From positions 64,001 to 128,000 of the forward strand of contig CAVXZB010000023.1 in the NCBI GenBank assembly GCA_963765895.1: a stretch of 64,000 bases of DNA, in the 5' to 3' direction. Of the stretch, positions 9,700 to 20,336 are shown piece by piece. The notes beneath the pieces were generated by a model, which worked only from the letters and a program-made list of their open reading frames with translations, had not been told where the DNA came from and ran no database searches. The stretch comes from an uncultured Nitrososphaeraceae archaeon (lineage in GTDB: Archaea; Thermoproteota; Nitrososphaeria; Nitrososphaerales; Nitrososphaeraceae). Position numbers and translations under genes: made by a program. Within the stretch, counting starts at the first letter, position 1. Every line of letters begins with the position of its first letter.

Positions 9700-11589
9700 T
9701 TACAAGCTCAATTTCTTTCTGAGAGACGCGCGGTTGCTATCCATACCGTGCCAAATTATATCAAATCCAAATTTTGAGATAATGTCCAAGAGACAGGATT
9801 CAGGTATATCATTTTTACCCAATATGCCATTTACCTCGCTTAAACTATCAGTATTATCAATTAAATCCTTCAGCTTTTTCAGCTTCCTATCTGAAATCAA
9901 ATATTTATCGACTATAATGTAATTACCTAAACGATCTTTAATTTGAGCTTGTGACTGAATTATTTCCAATAGAGTGTCCGACTCGATATTCCATGCCTTT
10001 GCTAACGCAGTGATTGAAATTACTTCACTATGATTACTCATAACCTGAAAAAGTTCGTCTACAATATGGGTGCACTCGTTCGCTTTCAAATTTTTAGCAT
10101 GTTCCTGATCTATACTTCTAAGATAGTCCAGGATGGGCTTCAGTGGTATATTTTGATTGTTATAGAATATCAATCTTTTGTCAGTTATCGAAGATACCAA
10201 AGAATTCCATGCGCGAGTTTCAGCCAAATTTGATGAACTCGATGCATAGACATCATGATTTATCGCAATCAAGAGATCAATCTTATTTCTCCGGCTAGAG
10301 TTTGCTATACCTGTAATGGCCTTCAGTTTTTGGACCTTTCTCAACAGGTATTCTTTGGTCCAAAATCCTATTATTTCCAAGTATATTTTTTGGTCATATT
10401 TTTCAAATACAAAGTCAGGAATCATGGCTTTACCATTTTGAAGTATCAGTGGGTCAGGCTCCCTAATCAGCTTCCAATCACTAACAGATTGAAGGAATCT
10501 AGTAGCAAATTTTTTCTCTACGTTACTATCGAAATAATCACTGCCTGACGTATATTCACTTCTAGATTCCGTATTTTTCAATTTTGGTTCTGTTAACAGG
10601 TAAGAAGAAGTATCTGCCATTTCGAATTCATAGATCTTCTTGCCTAATGACAAAGTTTTTCTTACAATCCATGCTTTTAATGACCAGCTGGTCAAAGAGG
10701 TTATCAACGGAATCAGTCTTGCTATAGATGTTCCATATCTATCAGTGAGTTTGAAAATACTAAGCGGACCATCGATGGAACAAATTATTGAGTCCTCACT
10801 ATCCGACTCTGCATGATCATTATTCTGAATAGCCCGAGAGATGTCCTCAGAGGCTGATTTTTCGTCAGTATAAGCACGGGACTCTAGATTATACATCAGT
10901 CCAAGCCTTTTTACAGCTCTAAGAGCATACTTCCAATTCGTACCACCATTCAATGAAAACTCGAGTTTTATACAATTAAACAGAAGGGTTTGAACAAGTG
11001 ACAAATTATACCACGCAATCAATCCCTCTGGAGTAATCGGCTCGAATTTTTCTAATAATAAGTTTTCTTCCTGATCGCTCCACATAAGATTCGAAACTAC
11101 CCCGGCAGACGTGCCCATCTTGGCTGCAACCGTATTGACGATTTCATTCCTGTCGATATCTGTGAGTGGAAATCCTCTCTCTGAACCTAGCTCGAATAAC
11201 ATCTTCCGAATGTAGGATGGGACATTCTTATTTTCGAATGCAGAATTATAACTGGCCGCGAAATTATTCATGTTGCCTGATTTATTGTTTGGAATATAGT
11301 CCATGTCACTCAGAATATAGCTGTAGCCATAAGTACATCTTCGCTCTAACAAAGCATAAAAACCTCTTACCAGTTTGTAGTCATCATAGATTGATTCAAG
11401 AGACGCTATTTTTTTCATAAGAGCCCCTTTCGCTTCTCTCATTGATGAAGATTTCTTAAGTTCATCTATCATTTTTTTAGCTAGTTGGATATAGATATCG
11501 AATTTAGGATCGGACCGTTCGCAAAGTAAAGGAGTAATGCTCTTACCTTTATTGGTAATCTTAAATCGCAATAGTTGAAGTTGTAACAA
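9700..11589 (-). CDS. DUF790 family / Bax1-like nuclease
   Basis: DDYKLVRG, WYNLSLVQTLLF, KRLGLMY, IDGPLSIFKLTDRYG, FDSNVE..F, REP..L, MIPDF, YLEIIGFWT.EYL..K. Confidence 0.9.
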   Translation of the reverse strand: MLQLQLLRFKITNKGKSITPLLCERSDPKFDIYIQLAKKMIDELKKSSSMREAKGALMKKIASLESIYDDYKLVRGFYALLERRCTYGYSYILSDMDYIPNNKSGNMNNFAASYNSAFENKNVPSYIRKMLFELGSERGFPLTDIDRNEIVNTVAAKMGTSAGVVSNLMWSDQEENLLLEKFEPITPEGLIAWYNLSLVQTLLFNCIKLEFSLNGGTNWKYALRAVKRLGLMYNLESRAYTDEKSASEDISRAIQNNDHAESDSEDSIICSIDGPLSIFKLTDRYGTSIARLIPLITSLTSWSLKAWIVRKTLSLGKKIYEFEMADTSSYLLTEPKLKNTESRSEYTSGSDYFDSNVEKKFATRFLQSVSDWKLIREPDPLILQNGKAMIPDFVFEKYDQKIYLEIIGFWTKEYLLRKVQKLKAITGIANSSRRNKIDLLIAINHDVYASSSSNLAETRAWNSLVSSITDKRLIFYNNQNIPLKPILDYLRSIDQEHAKNLKANECTHIVDELFQVMSNHSEVISITALAKAWNIESDTLLEIIQSQAQIKDRLGNYIIVDKYLISDRKLKKLKDLIDNTDSLSEVNGILGKNDIPESCLLDIISKFGFDIIWHGMDSNRASLRKKLSL

Positions 11590-12689
11590 CTAGCAATAAT
11601 CGAGTCTCCTAGGCTCTCCGTAGTGTAATTCAGGCTGTTTTTTAGTAAGCATGACGTCTTGAAAAAGATATTTTGTTTCAGTCAATCTAACACAAATACC
11701 ATTATGCACACGACCAATATATTTGTGAATTATCGGTATTATAATCATATTCATTCCATCAGGTTGATTATTTTCAGCTGAAATTGATCCTGTAAAATGC
11801 AAGCCAAAAGGCCAAGTTCTGAAAATAACATCTTGGGTTGTGAGATAAAAAGGTAACCACAGGTTCAGGCCTACCAAAAAACAATATGATTAAAGATGTA
11901 TTTGTTACAATTGCTAGTCTAGTCGCACTGTAGGAATACTTTTGACTCGGATAACTTCAATAATAAGCCGTCTGATTTGTAATATAATTATTGACTGCTC
12001 TTACTAGTTCAGCCAACGATTGAATAACCGATCATATTTCTTAGTCTGTCCTTTCAACTGACCAGCAATACTGACAGAATTATTATAGCCTGGAGTATTC
12101 TTATCTATTGATTTATAGTATTTGTCATGAGAATCTATCTCTTCTGCAGTGTTCAGAATTTTACATATCGATCTAGACTGGATCAGAGATTCTAGTATCC
12201 TTATCATAATGGATTCCTCTTGCAATTATATTAATATCGCTAAGCAAATTTATTTATTGGTTATGCTATTTGTTATATTAAGTAAATACTTTATACTTTA
12301 TGCAGAGCGATTTTAGTATAAAATCATATTGAAATGTCTACGCGTTGCATGGTCAACCAATCTAAATGTGGTTACGAGCATAATGAAGTATTTTTACATT
12401 AGCATCTAAAATTTTGTTCAATTTAAATCTAAATCGAATTTGAATATTGAATAAGAATAGATTGTCTGTATTTGTAGTCATCTTTGGAGGCATGAAAATC
12501 TAAAATAGTCCTCTGAGATCCAACCTATCGGGCTCGATAAAAATATGCTTTGCATTAATTATTTCAGTATGAGCGTAGAATCTCTCATGCGCCCGTTTGT
12601 ACGATGTCAAAATATAACATGAAATACCACTAGTCACTGTACTTATACAATTGTTACGGCATCAGAAACAGTACTAAAGTTAGGTTGGA

Positions 12690-12710
12690 AAAATTAAAGA
12701 AAAAAAATTA
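12690..12710 (-). terminator. Oligo-T terminator downstream of the poly-His gene
   Basis: Minus-strand T-tract ~40 nt after the stop codon. Confidence 0.5.
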
Positions 12711-12746
12711 GGCTATTATGCCTTGTTTGTTATCGAGTTTTTACCT

Positions 12747-12980
12747 CTAGTGGCGATGGTGGTGGTGGTAATGATGGTGGTGGTGATGATGATGGTGGTG
12801 GTGATGATGATGGTGGTGGTGGTGATGATGATGGTGGTGGTGGTGGTGGTGATGATGATGGTCGTGATGACCCCCAGCAAATGCCTCATTGCTTACAATA
12901 GGTGCTATCGCAAGCAAAGATAGCGCAATCGCTAGTACGCCTACCCCAATGATTAATGACGTCTGTTTTGTAAACATCAT
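12747..12980 (-). CDS. Secreted poly-histidine peptide: signal peptide + GGHHD-H30-YHHHHRH
   Basis: Basic N-region, hydrophobic core, A-F-A cleavage motif; has its own TATA box and T-tract; both CAT and CAC codons used. Confidence 0.8.
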   Translation of the reverse strand: MMFTKQTSLIIGVGVLAIALSLLAIAPIVSNEAFAGGHHDHHHHHHHHHHHHHHHHHHHHHHHHHHHHHHYHHHHRH

Positions 12981-13000
12981 TATACTAGAACATTCTCACG

Positions 13001-13028
13001 TATATAAAAGGACTGATAGAAATTTCTA
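13001..13028 (-). promoter_or_regulatory. TATA box (TTTTATATA, 13001-13009) plus perfect 12-bp palindrome TAGAAATTTCTA (13017-13028) upstream of the poly-His gene
   Basis: TATA ends ~20 nt upstream of the ATG (leaderless geometry); palindrome read directly. Confidence 0.6.
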
Positions 13029-13218
13029 AAGATTATACGTGTAATATATTCAGGTATATTATTATTTAGCGGTAATCTGGTAGAATTTTTATATTGTTAT
13101 TTAATACTGCATAACTATTCTTATAAGCTACATTCGAGATTGAGGAATATATTCACTAGGACAGCTCTAATCCAAAGTCATATCTAACAAATTCGTAAGT
13201 TGGTAATGTAATCTGGTA

Positions 13219-14256
13219 TTATGTACCTACACATCTCAATTTGCTTAGGAGTAAGTGCCTGAACCTCGAGCCGTTGACATAAAATGCGATCAGTACCTGT
13301 CCTGCCGAGTCCTTTTTAAATATAGATAACCCACGTTCACTTCCTTCATCGGTCAAAATTTCCACTTCTCCTTTAACGAACCTAAAAAGTGAAGGCTCTT
13401 CTAGCATGAATACGGCTATTACATCGTGCAAATATAGAACGGTATTTCGTTCTAGTTTGTAATCAAGCAATGATGATAGGAATTTTGAAGCTTCAGAGGG
13501 GGATCTGCCATGGCCATTAGTATTACAAATTCTTTTCACTAAATCCTTATTTATTGAACACTTAGGATTCTGAGTGAGATTAAGTCCAACAATCCTTATC
13601 ATGAATCGATGTTTAGCATTTAGGACTATTTTAGCCGCCTCAGGGTCAGAATAAAAATTGAATTCTACAGATCTCTTTATATCTCCAGTTGATTTTCCAG
13701 TTTCACGATATGAACCTCCCATTATTGAGATTTCTTTGATCCTCTGCTGAGATTTACCTTCTTTCATTACCATCGTTGCAATGTTAGTTAGAGGGCCAGT
13801 AGCTATGATTGAAATATTCTCATCCGGATACTTTTGTAAAATAAATTCAATGAAGTCCGAATAATTGTGTGTTCCCTTTAGAGCATCAGGAGTGATTCTA
13901 TTCCAGAGTTCGTTCATCTTTTTATCGTCGAGAACCAGATTACCTAATCCTCGCCTTCCGTGGCTTACTTCTCTTCCTATTTTCATTTTAGAGGACTGTG
14001 AGCGGTTCCTTAAGGATCTTCTTGCACCTTGGAATACAGGAATATTCAGCCTATTCTCAATTTCAAGCGCCTTCAAAACATTCGACATGCCAATATTAGG
14101 ATTGACGTTGCCATTTACGGTACTAATGCCAACGACACAGATATTACTTGACCTCAAAGCCACTAAAATGGCAATGACGTCATCGATACCTGAATCTACA
14201 TCTAAAATGACTCTTCTAAGCAAATCCTCAATTCTATAAACACAGTGTAGTAGCAT
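13219..14256 (-). CDS. Inosine-uridine-preferring nucleoside hydrolase (start uncertain, 14223-14376)
   Basis: ILDVDSGIDD, ATGPLTNIA, IMGGS, EFNFYSDPEAA, LHDVIA. Confidence 0.92.
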   Translation of the reverse strand: MLLHCVYRIEDLLRRVILDVDSGIDDVIAILVALRSSNICVVGISTVNGNVNPNIGMSNVLKALEIENRLNIPVFQGARRSLRNRSQSSKMKIGREVSHGRRGLGNLVLDDKKMNELWNRITPDALKGTHNYSDFIEFILQKYPDENISIIATGPLTNIATMVMKEGKSQQRIKEISIMGGSYRETGKSTGDIKRSVEFNFYSDPEAAKIVLNAKHRFMIRIVGLNLTQNPKCSINKDLVKRICNTNGHGRSPSEASKFLSSLLDYKLERNTVLYLHDVIAVFMLEEPSLFRFVKGEVEILTDEGSERGLSIFKKDSAGQVLIAFYVNGSRFRHLLLSKLRCVGT

Positions 14257-15029
14257 AATATTTTTTGCATAATTTGCAACAAGGCAGTTCCAAGTATAAA
14301 TTGCAATAATATTGCAAACATGAAGATAATAGTAAATTATATTAAATATAATACTGGATTTTAGGAGCTGTACCAAATGGAATATGAATAATTGCTACCA
14401 GGCAGTACATTCGCGCTTTTGCCGAATAATGATCTAATGATTTCATAAACTCAAATAATTCCATTTCTTAATCTGGTACTCTAGCAATGCAGCTATACCG
14501 AATTAGTAACCTAAGATGTAGTGCTTATAACCCATCCTAGCAGAATCTGGTAATTTTCAGTTTAGTTCACTTCCCTTTCCAATTGTAAATATCCAATCAG
14601 AATATCTAAATGATATGACTTTAATTATACGTAGCACTTTATAGTGAGAATCTTGAGTTAGCGGCAAATTCGTTTAATTTATCTTTACCTCAATTGATAA
14701 CTAAATTAATCCATTAATGATAGCTAACCATTTTCCCTTGACTTCTTGCACTCCTTATGTCCTATGCTCATCCACTTATGGTAATGCTAGCTTTGTATTC
14801 TTTTACAGTAAATATTGTAAAATTACATTAGAAAGCTCAGCACTAATAAAAGGTTGATTATTTCGCTCGTCTGGCGTTTCAAGAGCCATTCCGAATTTAT
14901 AAAGCCAATTGTCTGCCTCTTCTATCTAATATGAATTTCAGAGATCTACAACCAAAGCATTCCTATAGCTATAACATCAGAAAAAAGAAATATTAACATA
15001 AAGTATCGCAATTCTTGCCTCCTTTACAA

Positions 15030-15662
15030 CTATTTTTTGTCTTTTGGATAAACATACCTTTCACTCGATGAAGAGGCTTTATCTGCTGGTCCATGGTAAT
15101 CATCTGGGTATGCTTCATGTATCAATTGGTTAACAGCCTCGCCCGTCGGCAAAGGAGCGTTTCTATCAACTTCATATTTGAAAATTTCTGGAAAATCTAA
15201 ATTTAATATTACGTTTCTGCCAACTGCAATTATGTGCGATTTAGGAATATCGTACCTATAACCTCGATCTCCAAAGACAATTATCTTATCAGAAGTTTCT
15301 TTCATAATATATCCAACATGGTCTTCATTATTCGCGCGGACTCCCTTGTTAAACAGAGATTTAGGGTATTCTTTTTCATAAGTTCCAAGATCAATTCTCC
15401 CAGATGGCGAAGCCCAGGGGTCTTCACGGCTAGATGGAAGTGGGCTTTCACGGTCTACTTTGTACTTATTTACAATATCCTTGAAACTAAGACCGACTAG
15501 GACATTAGCACCAATTTGTTGAATTTCAGAAATTGGTATATCGTACCTTTCATGCTTTCCTCCAAATACAATAATTTTATCTGGGGTCTCTCTTACAACG
15601 TGTCCGATATCAGGTGAATCCAGAGCTTTTACCCCTTTGTTGAAGTACTTTCCAGAAGTCAT
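15030..15662 (-). CDS. Hypothetical protein with two tandem PRC-barrel-like repeats
   Basis: FNKGV..D.GH/Y...ET.DKIIVFG...RYDIP.S.I...G.NV occurs twice. Confidence 0.75.
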   Translation of the reverse strand: MTSGKYFNKGVKALDSPDIGHVVRETPDKIIVFGGKHERYDIPISEIQQIGANVLVGLSFKDIVNKYKVDRESPLPSSREDPWASPSGRIDLGTYEKEYPKSLFNKGVRANNEDHVGYIMKETSDKIIVFGDRGYRYDIPKSHIIAVGRNVILNLDFPEIFKYEVDRNAPLPTGEAVNQLIHEAYPDDYHGPADKASSSSERYVYPKDKK

Positions 15663-15988
15663 ACTTTTCCATAAGAATCATATCGAATCAATTATTTAAT
15701 GATTTATTTAGATCGAGTTTTTGAGTTACTTGCACTATATTTAGTATTGAGAACTACTGAGTAGATCAAACAGGGAATCAAATAAGTTTAAAGTTTATGT
15801 TTCCTTGACACATGAAAATCGATCCTATGAAATGTGGTTACATCATTAAGCCAAAACTCATTCCGTAATACTGGGATCAATGTCTGGAATTCCTATTGTT
15901 TGATTAGTTACAGTGACTAGTTACTTAAATCAAGTCTAAACATATTCATATATATGATATACTCCACTATAAACTTGTAAAGGAGATA

Positions 15989-16327
15989 ATGAACCATACC
16001 CTTAAACCAGTTCTGAAAAGACAATTATTGTTTATTGGAGGTAGTTTAGCGGCTTGTTTTGTAATTGGTTACGTGTTTGGCTATTTCATAGGTATTATTC
16101 TAAATATGGCGATATTCGTAGGAATTTTATTCTACATTAGGAAAAAACAGACAGGAGCATTAAAATCTTTGGGTTTTGGTGATGAAAAAGCAGGAGGAGC
16201 AGGTTTCAGCTGGTTTAGTAACGTGTCGGTAAAAGTAAGGTATGTCTGCTTAGGATGCGGGGCTGAAATAGACGGTATTAATAGTTGTAGTAAATGTGGA
16301 TCGCGAATGAAAAAGCCTATATTTTGA
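15989..16327 (+). CDS. Small membrane protein with C-terminal zinc ribbon
   Basis: Two TM segments, then CLGC...CSKCGS. Confidence 0.75.
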   Translation: MNHTLKPVLKRQLLFIGGSLAACFVIGYVFGYFIGIILNMAIFVGILFYIRKKQTGALKSLGFGDEKAGGAGFSWFSNVSVKVRYVCLGCGAEIDGINSCSKCGSRMKKPIF

Positions 16328-16806
16328 AGTTAAGATGTGAGCTAAATGTTTGCTGAAAGTATTATTCATTGTGAAAGTACCATATCAATAAAGCTTCTAT
16401 AATGATTTTCTCGATAGCTATACCATTTACGTGCTAAACATTCTGGATATCGTTGACCTGAATTTCAACATTGGTATTTATTGTTTTAGCTTGAAAATAT
16501 TCTGTTAAAGTCCCTAATAGCGAATATAATTAGATCCATTACAATTTTCAAATGAAAAAAGAGACAAGCTATGTTAATAATACTGTCGATATCTAATGTG
16601 GAATCAGAGGAAAATTCAATCATCTCAATTACCTGTTCCTTAAATTTACTTTCCAATAAGATAGTTGCCGTGTTTGATATTGATCATTTATCCAAGGATC
16701 ATGCACTACGAGTATTGTTCTCTTTTTCTACTACTACCAATAAATTGTTTGAATATTCATATATAATTGTCTTTGCCAGAAAATCAACATATTGTCTGCT
16801 CAAGTC

Positions 16807-16852
16807 ATATTATATTATATTATATTATATTTTATTTTATTTTATTTTATAT
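16807..16852. repeat. AT-only pentamer repeat (TATAT/TTTAT)n
   Basis: Read directly; intergenic. Confidence 0.7.
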
Positions 16853-16928
16853 TACGTTGTACAGATGGTATTAGGGAATAAAAAACGTTACCCTTTTTCG
16901 TAAGGGTTGAAGAAATGTTCTCTTGTCT

Positions 16929-18424
16929 CTATATCCCAGGAACAAATGGTGGTCTATTGATATTAATCGGCGAATCCTGATGGTGGTGAAGTTTCAAAGT
17001 CTGATGTGATTTAACAGGTGTCGTGGAGATTATAGCTACGGATTGTGTCATTGCATCGTGATGGTTGACAACGTTGAACATGCCCATCCATCCTAGGTTG
17101 GTAAATTCAGTAGTATGGGCGTGAAACATATACATTCCAGGTTTAGTATAGTTAAATTCAACTATCCCCCTATCTCCCTGTGCTAGTTCAACGATATCGG
17201 TTCTATAAGTAGGATTTAGCCCGGTGCCGGCAGGATAATATTCGAACATATTTCCATGCAAGTGAAAATTATTCATGGGATCAAATTCAAGCATGTTGAC
17301 CAAGTAAATTCTATACTGCTGTCCTGTCGCCAGCTGTATTGGATAGTCATTATAGATAAATGCAGGACCGTTCACGCTGTATATCTGATTTCCTGGTCCT
17401 GAACCCTCATCTGATGCAGTTGCTTTCTCAAAATTTGTGCGCAAAGCAGAGGCCGTTGGAGGTTGTTGTTCTGTAGGCTGAAGCGTTAGGACTATAATCG
17501 TCTTTCAGGTTATAGCCATTCATTAGCATCACCATCTCTCTTGCTGGAGACCTAGGCACCTTTGGATCGATTATCATGGCACCATATAGTCCATGATTAA
17601 TATGCGATTGCACAGGCGCCACATGACAATGGTAAGGATATACACCATACGGGTCAGCTGTGAATGTATAAGTGTAGTGTCCTCCAGGTGGTATAGTGCC
17701 GGCCATACCGGTTACTCCATCCATCATCCCGGAATGAATCGAATGCATATGTAACGAGTGAGGATGAAGAGACGATTTCGAATTATAAACTGTGATCTTT
17801 ACTAGATCTCCTTGAGTCATTCTCATCGTTGGGCCCGGAATTGTATTGTTGAAAGTCCATGCATTATACAGTACCTGGGTCAGTTTTGTTATCAGTAATT
17901 GGAAGAACATTGTTCTCGCTAACTACCAGTGAGAACTCTCTTAATGTAGTACCGTTTTGTAACTTGGTAACGTGTCCACAATTAAAGTATGTCAAGTATT
18001 CAACAGGATTTGGTCTCTCACTAAGATTGGTGGCACAGTTTTTTCCAATTGGTACAGACATCATAGATGGGTTTGACGTAATCGGACTTGTCGCCACTAT
18101 TGGGTGTGTAGGGACTTGCGTTTCATCGTGCGGTGTGTCTGCATTGTCTTTCATTTGCAAATTTTCATTATTAGAATCAGCTGTATTGGATGCAACGGTC
18201 TTACCACTATCATTATTTTCTCCCTTATCGTGATGAGACTTTGCATACAGATTGATAGAATTTGGACTGCCATACGTTATTGTGGAAAGGACTAGGAGGC
18301 CTATAACGGCGATTAGAAAGTAGCTTTGAACAGTAAGTCTTCTGGTATTCAAAAAAAATGTACTACGAAAAAAAGTCATGTCCCTGCTCCGAATTATAGT
18401 TTCTAAATAATCTGAAATTGGCAT
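16929..18424 (-). CDS. Exported two-domain multicopper oxidase (type-1 Cu ligands in domain 1); split by two frameshifts (~17875, ~17480)
   Basis: N-terminal TM/signal, WTFNNTIPGPTMR, HSLHMH, YHCH...HINHGLYG, NFHLHG, MFHAH. Confidence 0.9.
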
Positions 18425-18884
18425 TCAAACATAGGTTTTTAAATTTATATCTCAATATAAAGTAAGCAGTGAGACATCGTAACACATCGTTAGACAATCT
18501 TAGCTGAAATAGTGGGATAGTTAATTATCTTACATATACTCAACATATCTTAGATATTCTTATGGTATTATCTCAGTGTATCGTATAGTATAGTTTTCTT
18601 CTCTTAAAAGAGTATATGATTTGCGGGGGGAGGATTGTTTGAGAGAAATAATTGATACTTTCTTATAGAGTACTATTACAGTTTTGAATTAAATTCAAAT
18701 TATCTGTAGGCCAGCTAAATCTATCTTTTGCCATACAACTATGTTCCGCAAGGGTTGGCGAATATTTTGGATAAATCAACAAACTCGCTCAAACTACCAG
18801 TGAAGATACCGATGTAATCTATTGCAGGCTATGTTTTAGAGAGGTTATCTGTGCATAACAGATGATATTGCTCGAAATGGCATT

Positions 18885-19265
18885 TCATCTGGAAAATGCA
18901 AAGGCTCCAGACGTTGCCCAGTCAGGCGCTAATCGTGATTCATCAACAGTTATGTTATATACTCCATGTCCGCTAGATGCAATGATAAGAGGTCTAGTGG
19001 TTGTCTCTATCATATTCGTGACTTTGCCATTGTTATTTTTCAGGTAAATTATTAGGTCGACAAGGTTAGTATTTGTAGAGCCTTCGTTATTTACTCTACC
19101 TGAACAATTCAAGATTTCCACCTCTTTGACACATTTATGACCTACAACTCTTAGTAAAGATTCGTTAGTAGCCATCGCAGGGCTAACGATATGTCCTTGC
19201 AATAAGGACTCAATCAAAAAGTTCACCTCAAGAACCAGCAAAAGGATTATCATGGCTTTCAGCAT
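18885..19265 (-). CDS. Small exported protein (FxLYD-like beta domain)
   Basis: Signal-like N-terminus; GRVNNEG...IYLKNNNGKV pattern. Confidence 0.45.
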   Translation of the reverse strand: MLKAMIILLLVLEVNFLIESLLQGHIVSPAMATNESLLRVVGHKCVKEVEILNCSGRVNNEGSTNTNLVDLIIYLKNNNGKVTNMIETTTRPLIIASSGHGVYNITVDESRLAPDWATSGAFAFSR

Positions 19266-19789
19266 AATTGAGCATCTATCACATCTAGATGAACTTTTGT
19301 GATCCTTAATAATCTAACGACACCATTGAGTTATCAGAAGATATCATTGGCTAGACTTACCGCTTGAACTTGCTTAATTTACACGCGAGCGGAGATATTT
19401 TGAATTCGTGTAAAGGTATTAACAGATTCACGTTGGTAGGGTGCTATACAAATGGGTTTTTGCCTGAATTCATAAAAACGTCCCGGCCATTAATCCAGAC
19501 ATTCTTGGTAGTACGATGTACAGGAAGCAACTGCCCTTTCTGCGTATCAATTCATAACTACGTTTCTGAGCAACATTAACCTGACTTACTTTAATGCGTG
19601 TTATCATATACTAAATAATGTATTAGATATATGGATGACTGATCTGATTTATCGTCCTATTAATCTGATCTTATTCAATTTTTCTCTATCGTATAGTCTG
19701 TTTTTGTTAACAAAATGCTGAAGGTCTATTTGTAATGAACTATAAATAGTCTTTGGAAAGTATTACTAGAAGTAGGATTACCTAGGTAT

Positions 19790-20188
19790 GTGGCATCGAA
19801 GACTCTTCTAAAAAAGAATAGAAAGGATGGCGCTATAATAGTATCAACATTTCCAGAGCCCCGCATATTTTCAGCTGTAGCCAGAAATTTGATTGTGGAT
19901 AAACACCTGTGTGCATGCATAAACGTGATTAAAATTGACTCGCTTTATCATTGGAAAGGCAAGCTGGAAATTCATGAAGAGTACCTGGCTCTATTCAAGT
20001 CAACACGCAAAAGAGTACCTGCTCTCATACATGAAATAGAAAAAATTCATCCATATGAGGTTCCTGAAATTATAGAGCTGAAAACTAACAGATTCTCTAA
20101 GGCGTACCTCTCTTGGTTAGATAGCGAAACGTCTGACTATCCCGACACACTCCAAGAAGATAATGAGAAAAAATCTGGCAAGAAATAA
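19790..20188 (+). CDS. cutA: Divalent-cation tolerance protein CutA
   Basis: LCACIN, SLYHWKG, HPYEVPEII, YLSWL. Confidence 0.93.
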   Translation: MASKTLLKKNRKDGAIIVSTFPEPRIFSAVARNLIVDKHLCACINVIKIDSLYHWKGKLEIHEEYLALFKSTRKRVPALIHEIEKIHPYEVPEIIELKTNRFSKAYLSWLDSETSDYPDTLQEDNEKKSGKK

Positions 20189-20244
20189 GAAATAAGAATA
20201 AAAATAAGAAATAAGAAATAAGAAATAAGAAATAAGAAATAAGA
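20180..20244. repeat. Heptamer tandem repeat (AAGAAAT)~9 between convergent cutA and pelota
   Basis: Read directly; two units are degenerate. Confidence 0.85.
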
Positions 20245-20336
20245 GTTAAAATTCATCTTCATCTTTAACCTCCTTCAATTCATCTTATAGTCAAAAGCCG
20301 TTACTTGTTCTATTTATACAAATACATTGAAAAAGG

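Noticed and set aside
12723-12923. Val/Met-rich ORF on the + strand
   Set aside because: Antisense shadow of the poly-His gene; the promoter, signal peptide and terminator all support the minus strand.
16571-16903. 110-aa + strand ORF
   Set aside because: Runs through an AT microsatellite (YYIILYYILFYF); probably spurious.
8767-19700. Integrated element at tRNA-Pro
   Set aside because: The accessory region lies on the 5' side of the tRNA; no integrase and no duplicated tRNA 3' end were found.
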